Below, one piece after another: positions 53,910 to 63,178 of a stretch of 64,000 nucleotides of DNA. The stretch covers positions 197,009-261,008 of the forward strand of contig MCFE01000012.1 of the NCBI GenBank assembly GCA_002104905.1, given 5' to 3'. Both the position numbers and the translations under genes were made by a program. The DNA comes from Basidiobolus meristosporus CBS 931.73 (Eukaryota > Fungi > Basidiobolomycota). Positions within the stretch are counted from its first letter, which is position 1; each line of letters starts with the position of its first letter. The notes below the pieces were generated by a model. It saw nothing but the letters and a program-made list of their open reading frames with translations, ran no database searches and was not told the DNA's origin.

Positions 53910-55037
53910 TGACAATGTAACCTGCAGAGTCCCAGAGCTCTTCAAATGGTGCATCACTTAAGTCAGCAAGGATGGAGATGGCATGATTCTTGAGGAAGTA
54001 TGCCACATCATAGGAGGGGGCTTGTCTCTTGATGGCAGCAAAGAAAGACAGAATGGCAACATGAACTGGAGGCTTGTTGAACAGTAGAGTAAGAGGAATC
54101 AGCTTCTTCAGGCACTATTTTGAAGTCAGTTTTCAGCCAGTTAAGGTTCTTCTCCACAAAGGCAACAAATGGATCAGCAATGTTTTGGTCTAGGAATACC
54201 TCCAGAATCTTCCCTTTTCTCCAGGCCCAGTTGACAATTCTTGAGAGCTGGATATTGCATGCCTTGAGTGCTTTCCTGATGTTGGAAATGGGAGTCCAGG
54301 GAACTTGCTTCAAGTACACCACAATCCAGGTAGAAGCTGGTGGCAGGTTTGCTGGGGGCTTGTAAGTCCTTCTGTGTTGTAATGGAGCTGCAGTAGTCAG
54401 ATTGAAGTCCACATTCTCAGTAGAGGGTTTTCTTGATGTGTCTTGCTGAATGGTACTGGAGCTGGATGTGCTGATAATTCTTGCTAGAACAGTGCCTGCA
54501 TAAGTCTGAGGTATAGCTGAGGTGACTGTAGAGGTGGAAGCAGCTGGTACAGGTGGAGAGGCAGAAACTGAAGCAGGAACTGAGGTCACCTGGGAGAAGG
54601 CAGTAGAAGCAGATTTTCTAGGAGGAACAGAGTTCACTATCCTGTTGTTCTGTAAAACACTAGAGTAGCTTTTCTGTGGAACAGGATCTTGCTCTTGAAC
54701 AGGAACAGAAACAGGAGGCTGGGGCTGAGCAGTAGTGGTAAGGCAGTGGCACTCCAAGGAAGCTTTTTGCAAGGCATCTCTGGCAGTTTTCAGGGCAGTA
54801 TTTGCTTGATTCTTGAGCTTCTTGCATTGGGCATCCAATCTCTTGTTTTCAATAGCCAGGGCAGTATTAGCAGCTTCTAAATCAGCAGTTCTCTTCTCAA
54901 GTGCAAGAAATCTCTGAAGCAATGCATCAGTAGAAGTGCTTGCATCTAGGAGAGCAGTGGCAGGAATAGAGTCCATTAACAGTGGGCTTCTTGGAGGCAA
55001 GGAAAGTGGACTGGTAGATTCAGGCACAAAAGGAGAT
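53899..55037 (-). pseudogene. A2 ORF1 (coiled coil + conserved C-terminal domain), one frameshift near 54090
   Basis: LEKRTADLEAANTAL...PPASTWIVVYLKQVPWTPISNIRKALK...LEVFLD, then after the frameshift FAAIKRQAPSYDVAYFLKNH...ELWDSA*. Homologous to the B and C ORFs. Confidence 0.8.
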
Positions 55038-55049
55038 TTAGGGGGGGGG

Positions 55050-56009
55050 TTGATAATCACCACAGGGTGAAATCTTTATTGAAATCATAAATAAAGAAGC
55101 CAAATTTGAATATGAATATTTGAGATGCAGTAAGCCTACAAGATAAACTTAGACTTTGCTGTATCCCAAATATCCTCAATACTGAAGTCTAGAGGAGAAT
55201 GTAGCAAAACTTTCTGTTCACTGTAGCATTTCTTGAGGAAGTTTATGACTTGAAGGGAAGGAGAGTTTTTCAACAAGCTGGTAAACCTTTTGAGGAGTAC
55301 TTTCTCCAGAGAGAATGGTACAAATAGTGGAATGTCTAAATGATGTCAGAATATATGCTCTGAGAGCCCCCAATCCAGCATATTTTTGACTTCTTCTGTA
55401 AAATCTTCAACAATATCTTTGTCAAGAATAACTTCCAAGAGATCCCTGGCAATGTACTGAATGCTAATAATCTTAGGCATATGAATACCTAGGTCCTTGA
55501 GGTAGTTTCTTTGTTCTGAAATTGGGAGATATCCAGCATTTCTGAAATAGCAAACAGCCCAATTGGCAGTGGGAGGAGTATCAGGGCTGATAGGGAACTT
55601 CTTCTGGCTTTAGGGTGCACTAGCTTAGGTGACTCTCTTGTTGAAAGGGCAGCTGGCTTCGGATAAGCCTGAAGTGCTTGGGAGTATGTCTGAGTATGAA
55701 TGGCAGGAGTTGCTGGTTGCTGACAGTGTTCAGATTGACCGGAAGAAGAGCTGGTTGAGGGGTTGCAAGGTATGGAAGAAGCTGAAAGAGAAGTAGATAG
55801 TGCTGGGTGAAGTTCAGAGAGAATTTTGAAAAGAACCTGGATCTGAGATTTCAACATTGAGTTTTCAGCTTCAAGATGTGAAACTTTTTGTTCAAGGTAA
55901 GAAGTCTGTAAAGAGTGAAAGTTGCATAAAGACATGAAAGAAGTAGATAATAAGAAGAAAGGAGTAGTTTGGGTGGGAGGGTGGGAAAATAGGCAAGAAG
56001 AAAAGAGAG
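55050..56009 (-). mobile_element. Family B ORF1-only element, copy B1 (ORF 55136-55935, 1-bp frameshift)
   Basis: Collinear with B2; the shared 3' signature lies ~70-85 nt after the ORF stop; no RT. Confidence 0.85.
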
Positions 56010-56370
56010 GGTGTAGGTGCTATAGTAAGGGCTAGGAAATGGTTACAAGAGCAGGGGGTCTGGGGGATGCAGTCCCCTAGAGAATAAAAAAGCAGGGGGT
56101 TGGGGGGATGCAATCCCCCATACTGCTCCTATACTCTTTAAACTCCCTTTGGATTACTTTTCTCTCATTCTTGCTTCTGGTCCCTTAGGGTTACAAATCC
56201 TTCTCCTAACCCTTATCACCTTGACCATAAATATTTTTACCCTACAATTGGAACATTGTCTGCTCATATAGTGGGCATGTCTGGGCCAATATTTGTCTTC
56301 CTATACTGTCCATATGCTCTGTATAAGACTTGATGACTATTTAATTAATAAATTGTTACTTCTAATATAT
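56010..56370. repeat. Non-coding hairpin-rich segment F, copy 1
   Basis: Highly similar to 57464-57825. Two GGGGA(C/T)GCA(G/A)TCCCC hairpins and an AGGGTTA...TAACCCT inverted pair. Confidence 0.85.
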
Positions 56371-56449
56371 ATCAGACTTGTTCCGTTGGATAGTGCCACA
56401 TTGAGCCATGAGTGCCAAATGATGCCATAGTGTGCCAGAGGGCTAGGGG

Positions 56450-57463
56450 AGGGAAAGTCACCAAGTTGGTGAAATCTTTATTTGAGTTAAGAACTAATCT
56501 AGGTACAAATAAAGAAGCCAATTAAGAGGTCTAGAACCTCTCTAATAAGTAATCTAATTTATGTTTTGTTTCATCTCTAATGTTTGTTTCAATAAAGTAA
56601 AGCTCATCAGGGGTAAATATAAAATTCAGGGGTTTTGGGGGAAGTACAAATTGTAGATGTTTCTGATCAATATAATCCAAGACTGGAACCCAGCCTGGGA
56701 TTAGGTGTAGTAGGAAAGGTGTGTGGACTTGTAAGTAGCTCTGCCACATAGATCTTAGATGGTCCTGAGCCAGTAGTCTTGGTTTCTCAGCTTTTTGAAG
56801 TTTTGAAGCAAGCTCTGTTACTACAGCAGAGCCAACCAGGGTGTGCCAGCAAGAAGATTTCAGGGAGGAGTTAGATTGAAGCCATTGTTTGATGGAGGGG
56901 TTATGTGATTTCTGAAGTTTGACTAGGAAGGAAGCACGGAGATAGACCATTCGGATTTGGTATGGGTAGAAGCCAAAGGCTCCATTAGTTGCATGGATAT
57001 AGGGAGATACTGGAAGATAAGGTACCAAGGATCTGATACACTGATGGAGAAATTTATCCAGGCGGTGAAGTTCTCTGGAGGTTAGGGGTATAATGTGGAG
57101 ACCAAACTCAAGTACCGGCAGTACATACTGCTTCAGAAGTATAGGGATCTTTTGAATTGGAGTGTCTGGAGTGACTACTACCAGAAGCTTTTTGAGAGCC
57201 TGTTGAGCAAGACGGATCCTATTATTCAGGTGGAGCTTTGAGTCAATCCCATGTTGACAAAATGGCAGACCTAGATATATTGCAGTTTGTTGTGGCAGAA
57301 TGCTAGTGTTCTGTATAGTTGTAGTGCATCCAATTGGGACTGTCTTGGAAATTGAGAGTGAGAGGTTGTTGGCAGCCAAGTACTTCTCAATGATGGCAGT
57401 GTCTGCTATGGGATTAGGAGTAGCAATCTTGATATCATCCGCATAGAGAGTTAGTAGTGGATA
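56450..57463 (-). mobile_element. Family D LINE (second RT family), 5'-truncated at the YADD motif; ORF 56531-57463 open
   Basis: LTLYADDIKI...SISKT...YLGLPF...RIRLAQQAL...YVLPVLEFGL. Homologous to family A but clearly diverged; carries the shared 3' signature. Confidence 0.88.
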
Positions 57464-57825
57464 GGGTGTAGGTGTTATAGTAAGGGCTAGGAAAAGGTTA
57501 GAAGAGCAGGGGGTCCGGGGGACGCAGTCCCCTAGAGAATAAAAGAGCAGGGGGTTTGGGGGATGCAATCCCCCATACTGCTCCCATACTCTTTAAATTC
57601 CCTTTGGATTACTTTTCTCTCATTCTTGGTGCTGGTCCCTTGGGGTTACAATTCCTCCTCCTAACCCTTATCACCCTAACCATAAATATTTTTACCCTAC
57701 AATTGGCACATTGTCTGCTCCTATAGTGGGCATGTCTGGGCCAATATTTGTCTCCCAATACTGTCCATATGCTCTGTATAAGTCTTGATGACTATTTAAT
57801 TAATAAATTGTTACTTTTAATGTAT
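57464..57825. repeat. Non-coding hairpin-rich segment F, copy 2
   Basis: Same start (GGGTGTAGGTG) and sequence as 56010-56370. Confidence 0.85.
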
Positions 57826-57985
57826 ATTTAATAATTAATGGGATACATCCCAATCTGGCCACAATCCCATTTTTTGATAAGCTTTGGGCACCATAAATTG
57901 CGCGGCCCTAATATGATAAAAAAAATTCATGGCCAATACAAATTTTCTGTAACCCAATTGCTTTTACCAAATATAAAGTGTTAGA

Positions 57986-58104
57986 GGGGGAGGGAAAGTC
58001 ACCAAGTTGGTGAAATCTTTATTTGAGTTAAGAACTAATCTAAGTATAAATAAAGAAGCCAATTAAGAGGTCTAGAACCTCTCTAATAAGTAATCTAATT
58101 TATG
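57986..58104 (-). mobile_element. Family D 3'-end stub (~120 bp)
   Basis: Nearly identical to 56450-56565, followed by TTAGGGGGG. Confidence 0.85.
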
Positions 58105-59259
58105 TTAGGGGGGAGGAAAGTCACCAAGTGGTGATATCTTTATTTACTTATGACAAGTATCTAAAGAAGCCAAGTTAATCTGAAGTAATTCCTAGAAAGC
58201 TAGGTCTGAGAGATATCTTCCTGGTAAGCCAGGTCTGAGAGTTGAGAAGCTGAGTGGTACTATATTTCCTAGTTAGCTAGGTCTGAGAGAGGTTTCCTGG
58301 AAAGCCAGGCCTGACAAGTGAGAATCTGAATATATCTGAGCTAAGTTATACTGGTTTGCGGTAGCTGGATTGTGGCCGGAAAGGCCAGTAGACTGGGGGA
58401 ACTGAGAAGAATTTCTGGGCGATCACTGGCCAAATTTACTAGGCAAATCTGGCCAAGTAGCATTTCAAGGATTTCAGCCAATCAGAGCCTAGGGTTAGGG
58501 GGGGAGGAAAGTCACCGAGTGGTGAAATCTTTATTTACTTATGACAAGTATCTAAAGAAGCCAAGTTAATCTGAAGTTAATCCTAGAAAGCTAGGTCTGA
58601 GAGTTGAGAGGCTGAGTGGTACTATATTTCCTAGTTAGCTAGGTCTGAGAGAGGTTTCCTGGAAAGCCAGGCCTGACAAGTGAGAATCTGAATATATCTG
58701 AGCTAAGTTATACTGGTTTGCGGTAGCTGGATTGTGGCCGGAAAGGCCAGTAGACTGGGGGAACTGAGAAGAATTTCTGGGCAATCACTGGCCAAATTTA
58801 CTAGGCAAATCTGGCCAAGTAGCATTTCAAGGATTTCAGCCAATCAGAGCCTAGGGTTAGGGGGGGAGGAAAGTCACCAAGTGGTGAAATCTTTATTTAC
58901 TTATGACAAGTATCTAAAGAAGCCAAGTTAATCTGAAGTTAATCCTAGAAAGCTAGGTCTGAGAGATATCTTCCTGGTAAGCCAGGTCTGAGAGTTGAGA
59001 GGCTGAGTGGTACTATATTTCCTAGTTAGCTAGGTCTGAGAGAGGTTTCCTGGAAAGCCAGGCCTGAGAAGTGAGAATCTGAATATATCTGAGCTAAGTT
59101 ATACTGGTTTGCGGTAGCTGAATTGTGGCCAGAATGGCCAGTAGACTGGGGGAACTGAGAGGAATTTCTGGGCAATCACTGGCCAAATTTACTAGGCAAA
59201 TCTGGCCAATTAGCATTTCAAGGATCTCAGCCAATCAGAGCCTTTACTTTGCCCAATGG
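58105..59259 (-). repeat. Three tandem copies of non-coding SINE-like unit E (periods 390, 362 and 403 bp)
   Basis: Junctions at 58105, 58495 and 58857. Each copy has the shared 3' signature, internal (c/t)aggtctgagag sub-repeats and a distal cagccaatcagagcct. Confidence 0.9.
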
Positions 59260-59269
59260 TTAGGGGGGG

Positions 59270-60299
59270 ATGATCATCACCAAAGGGTGAAATCTTTATT
59301 TAAATAATAAATAAAGAAGCCAAGTTTGAATATGAATATTTGAGATGCAGGAAGCCTACAAGATAATCTTGGACTTTGCTGTATCCCAAATATCCTCAAT
59401 ATCAAAGTCTAGAGGAGAATGTAGCAAGACTGCTTGTTCACTGTAGTATTTCTTGAGGAAGTTTGTGACTTGAAGGGAAGGAGAGTTTTTCAACAAGCTG
59501 GTAAATCTTTTGAGGAGTTCTTTTTCCAGAGAGAATGGCACAAAGAGTGGAATGTCCAAATGATGTCTGAATATATGCTCTGAGAGCTCCCAATCCAGCA
59601 TATTTTTGACTTCTTCTGTAAAATCTTCAACAATATCTTTGTCAAGAATAACTTCCAAGAGATCCCTGGCAATGTACTGAATGTTAATAATCTTAGGCAT
59701 ATGAATACCTAGGTCCTTGAGGTAGTTTCTTTGTTCTGATATTGGGAGATATCCTGCATTTCTGAAATAGCAAACAGCCCAGTTGGCAGTAGGAGGAGTA
59801 TCAGGGCTGACAGGGAATCTTCTTCTGGCTTTAGAGTGCACTGGCTTAGGAGACTGTCTTGATGGAAGGGCAGCTGGTTTTGGATGAGCTTGAAGTGCTT
59901 GGGAGTAGGTCTGAGTACAAGTAGTAGAAGTTCCGGGTTGCTGAGAATTTTCAGAATGACTGGATGAAGAGCTAATTGAGGGGTTGCAAGGTAAGGAAGA
60001 AGCTGAAAGAGAAGTGGAGAGGGCTGGGTGAAGTTCAGAAAGAGTTTTGAAAAGAATTTGGATCTGAGATTTCAACATTGAGTTTTCAGCTTCAAGAAGA
60101 GAAACTCTTTGTTCAAGGTAAGAAGTCTGTAAAGAGTGAAAGTTGGGTAAAGACATGGAAGTAGTAAATAAGAAGAAAGGAGTAGTTGGGGTGGGAGGGT
60201 GGGAAAATAGGTAAGAAGAAAAGAGAGGAAAGATCTGAAATTGAAAATCTCAGAATTTATAGATGGATGGACAAGGGTAGAGGATTGATTAATCCAGGG
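59270..60299 (-). mobile_element. Family B ORF1-only element, copy B2
   Basis: Intact 266-aa ORF, short 3' UTR with the signature, and a purine-rich (on +) 5' region ending at CAGGG|TTAGGG. Confidence 0.88.
59356..60156 (-). CDS. Family B ORF1 protein (266 aa, coiled coil + conserved domain)
   Basis: Uninterrupted ORF: LEQRVSLLEAENSMLK...ANWAVCYF...PISEQR.YLK...LEVILD...FTSLLKNSPS...DIWDTA. Confidence 0.85.
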   Translation of the reverse strand: MSLPNFHSLQTSYLEQRVSLLEAENSMLKSQIQILFKTLSELHPALSTSLSASSLPCNPSISSSSSHSENSQQPGTSTTCTQTYSQALQAHPKPAALPSRQSPKPVHSKARRRFPVSPDTPPTANWAVCYFRNAGYLPISEQRNYLKDLGIHMPKIINIQYIARDLLEVILDKDIVEDFTEEVKNMLDWELSEHIFRHHLDIPLFVPFSLEKELLKRFTSLLKNSPSLQVTNFLKKYYSEQAVLLHSPLDFDIEDIWDTAKSKIIL

Positions 60300-60358
60300 T
60301 TAGGGAAAAATAGGTAAGAAGAAAAGAGAGGGTAAGAAGAAAAGAGAGGCTTAGGGGG

Positions 60359-62710
60359 AGACAGTCACCAACAGGTGAAATCTTTATTTCAGTTGAAACA
60401 AAGAAGCCAGCGCTACTGTTGTAGCTTTGATACAAGAGTGTGTAGCTGAGGGGAATTTGTAGGTAAGTTAATAAGAAGTGATGATAGTTCTTCAGTGCTC
60501 AAGACACTGTTCAGTGGGAAGGGGGGTAGCAAGAGAGGTAAGAATGACTTGTGAACAACATTAATGAGGGGAATGTGATAAGGATTGATATTCATCATAA
60601 AGGGAGTGTGCTGCTGCAGATATTGCTGCCAAAGGTCTGTCAAGTACTTCAGGTAGGCCAGCTTGGGTTTTTCTGACTGCAGAATATAGTGAGCAAACTT
60701 CTTGACTTCAGGATCTCCAAGTATAGTTCTCCAGCAGGAGCCAGGTGTTGTGTGGTGTGTTCTCTTCCAGGCCTTAATCAGTGGGTTGTTGCAGTTGTGA
60801 AGTCTGAGGTATAATCTGGTTCTAAGGTAGAGAAGTCTGATCTTATAGGGCATAAACCCAAAAGCACCAAGAATAGCATGTCTGTAGGGGCATTCAGGCA
60901 AATGAGGCACCAAGGAGGTAATGCACCATACTGCAAACTTGTCAAGCTTAGTGCAGTCTCTAGAAGTAAGAGAGAGAAGTGGTAAGCCAAATTCCAGGAC
61001 AGGGAAGACAAACTGCTTGAGTAGAAGGAGGCAGCTGGGAGCTGAAGTTGTAGGAGGAGTAACAGCCAGTAGCTTGTGGAGTGCCTGTCTTGCCAGGATA
61101 ATTCTCTTCTTCAGGTGTGCTCCAGAGTCTAGTCCAGTAGGAAGGAAAGGAAAGCCAAGATATGTAGCAGAAACCTGAGCAGGTAGAGTGGAGTTCTCCA
61201 AGTTGATGGGAGAGCCCAAAGGTACTGTCTTTGCAATGGAAAGCTGGAGATTATTCTTCTGCAGATACTGGTGGATGGCCTGGGAGTCTTGTTGCACATT
61301 GGAGGAGGATATTCTGATGTCATCAGCAAAGAGAGTAACCAGGCAGTCAGCTGAGAGTCTTGGGAAATCATTCAGGAAGATGGCAAACAGTATAGGACCA
61401 AGCACAGAGCCTTGAACCACTCCATTAGGAACTGAGAACACAGCTGATTGCTCACTTGGGTGCAGAATTCTTGCTTGTGGATCCAGAAACAGAGACCTGA
61501 CAAGGAGGGTGAGAGAGGTACTGGAGAAGCATTGCAACTTGGACCAAAGCAGATTTCTGTCAACTGAATCAAAGGCCTTAGTAATATCAAACAGAACAGA
61601 GGGATACTTGCACTGGAGAGAGTGATCTTGGCTAAGTATGACTGCATATTCCAAGGAGAGGCCAGGAACAAAGCCAAACTGTGCAGGATGAAACTTGAGA
61701 GAGTCAGAGTAGAGCTCCTGAGCAAGCAGAAGCTCAAACACCTTTCTGCAGGTGGGCAGCAGAGATATTGGCCTATAGGAGCTAGGATCCAGGTGCTTTC
61801 CTTTACCCTTGTACAGTGGCAGAACATTTGCAAAGGACCATTCCTCAGGAGTAGAAAGCTGGGCTGAGCATTGCTGAAACAGTGGAAGCAGAAGTGCAGA
61901 CATGGCCTTGGTACTAGTCTTCAGAAGCTCATAGGAGATTGTGTCCACACCTGGAGCAGTAGAGTTGGGAAGCCTCTTGAGCACATTATGGATTCTCCTT
62001 TGATCAAGTGCAAGTGGGATGGGCAGAGTCTTGAAGTCAGGATGAAAGCCAGGAGTTGAGTACTGCTTTGTAGAGAAGAAGATGTTAGCCAGCTGTTCTG
62101 TTGAAGGTAACTTCCTGGAAGAGGGCCTCATTGCCCTGTAGAGTCTTGATACTGTTCTTGTTATAGAGTTGGAAGATTGCAGAGGCAAGGAACTCATAAT
62201 ATGATCCCAGAGCTGAGTATGCAGAGTGTGGTGAATTGCCTTGGAGTGGTGTATTGCTGTCAGGAGGAGTTTCTCTGTTTTTGGGTTAGGGAAGCTCAGG
62301 TAGCTTTGTTGCAGGGCTGAAACAATGGATTCCCATTTTCTTGAGGTAACAGCAGTAGTCTTGCATGGCAGTGAGAGGGAGGCAGACACCAGAATCAGAT
62401 GCTTCACAAAGAGCCAGGCAAAGTTGAGATCATCTGGCAGAGAAAGTAGCAAACTGGCAAGCTTCAAGTAGTTCCCAAAGTCTTTCTTCTGATTCTTGGT
62501 AGCTTTGTGGGTGAGCACAGTAAGTTTTGGCAGCTTCTTCTTCACAACTGGTTGCATAGAAAGGGACCAGGCTGGGTGGTCAGAGGCTCTCAAGGATCCT
62601 AGCTCAGCTCCAGAGAATTGCTTAACTTCATTCACAAAGTAGAGGGCAGCAGCAGAAGGGCAGATCCAGTCAACACATCTTTTCTCAGATTGAGCACCTA
62701 GTGCTAGCAG
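60359..62710 (-). mobile_element. Family A LINE copy A3, 5'-truncated inside the endonuclease domain
   Basis: Begins at the TTAGGGGG junction at 60351 and ends at the TTAGGGGGG junction at 62711. Confidence 0.92.
60413..62710 (-). CDS. Family A ORF2 (EN C-terminal motifs + non-LTR reverse transcriptase), open for 766 codons, 5'-partial
   Basis: RCVDWI, SDH, APGVDTI, YRPISLL, QFGF, FDITKAFD, GVVQGSVLGP, LFADD and YLGFP motifs; no stops; no CCHC knuckle or RNase H seen. Confidence 0.92.
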   Translation of the reverse strand: MLALGAQSEKRCVDWICPSAAALYFVNEVKQFSGAELGSLRASDHPAWSLSMQPVVKKKLPKLTVLTHKATKNQKKDFGNYLKLASLLLSLPDDLNFAWLFVKHLILVSASLSLPCKTTAVTSRKWESIVSALQQSYLSFPNPKTEKLLLTAIHHSKAIHHTLHTQLWDHIMSSLPLQSSNSITRTVSRLYRAMRPSSRKLPSTEQLANIFFSTKQYSTPGFHPDFKTLPIPLALDQRRIHNVLKRLPNSTAPGVDTISYELLKTSTKAMSALLLPLFQQCSAQLSTPEEWSFANVLPLYKGKGKHLDPSSYRPISLLPTCRKVFELLLAQELYSDSLKFHPAQFGFVPGLSLEYAVILSQDHSLQCKYPSVLFDITKAFDSVDRNLLWSKLQCFSSTSLTLLVRSLFLDPQARILHPSEQSAVFSVPNGVVQGSVLGPILFAIFLNDFPRLSADCLVTLFADDIRISSSNVQQDSQAIHQYLQKNNLQLSIAKTVPLGSPINLENSTLPAQVSATYLGFPFLPTGLDSGAHLKKRIILARQALHKLLAVTPPTTSAPSCLLLLKQFVFPVLEFGLPLLSLTSRDCTKLDKFAVWCITSLVPHLPECPYRHAILGAFGFMPYKIRLLYLRTRLYLRLHNCNNPLIKAWKRTHHTTPGSCWRTILGDPEVKKFAHYILQSEKPKLAYLKYLTDLWQQYLQQHTPFMMNINPYHIPLINVVHKSFLPLLLPPFPLNSVLSTEELSSLLINLPTNSPQLHTLVSKLQQ

Positions 62711-62719
62711 TTAGGGGGG

Positions 62720-63171
62720 AGGGAAAGTCACCAAAGTAGGTGAAATCTTTATTTGATTTCAGACAAGTCTAACTACAAATAAAGAAGCCAGCTGGGAATA
62801 GAAGATTCCCAAAGTAAATACTAAGTTGAATATGAATAAATCTAAGCTAAAGTTAAGGCAGTATCCCAGAGTACACTGGAGTTCAGGTTCATAGGGGAGT
62901 GAAGTAGATAAGCTTGAGAGATATAATAATCTTTGAGGAAGTGGGTAACAGCAGGTGAAGGGGATTTTTTGATAAGTGAAGTGAATCTTGAGATCAGAGA
63001 TTCCTCTAATGAGAAGGTCTTGTAAACTGGAGAATCAGGAAACTCTTTGAAGGCATGGTCAGTAGGTTCCCAGTAAAACTGGTCAGAGACATTTTGAGAG
63101 AATTGTGTTGCAATACTTTTGTCAAGTACTACCTCCAGAGTGTGATGGTTGATAAATCTCATGTTAACAAT
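62720..63171 (-). mobile_element. Family C ORF1-only element, copy C1 (5'-truncated)
   Basis: 3' part of C2 with the shared signature; ends at T|TTAGGGG. Confidence 0.85.
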
Positions 63172-63178
63172 TTAGGGG

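Larger units (their letters stand above)
51056..55037 (-). mobile_element. Family A LINE copy A2, near full length (ORF1 + APE endonuclease + RT), several frameshifts
   Basis: ORF1 with coiled coil, EN motifs LNCNS/CYLPP/GDFN/SDH, and RT motifs YRPISLL/FDITKAFD/LFADD. Confidence 0.92.

Noticed and set aside
53850-53910. ORF2 expressed by stop-codon readthrough or without an ATG (it is in frame with ORF1 in A2)
   Set aside because: An ATG at 53909 overlapping the ORF1 end gives MLPRKKLQLWPDYLK, and a 1-bp indel restores ...LKVLLLNCNS. A2 has other frameshifts, so this explanation is simpler.
56180-56225. Segment F as the telomerase RNA gene (contains CCTAACCCT)
   Set aside because: It is multi-copy, short and embedded in the array, and no other TER elements are recognisable. 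Kept only as part of the F finding.
54008-57568. ORF-track starts MVIINPPPK (55063) and MHPPNPLLF (56113, 57568)
   Set aside because: These N-termini read across module junctions (G-run or segment F) and are chimeric artefacts.
58105-59259. CRISPR-like array or coding repeats (+ strand ORFs 58372-58569, 58734-58931, 59125-59307)
   Set aside because: The context is eukaryotic, the units are long near-identical copies without unique spacers, and the ORFs cross junctions and are incidental.
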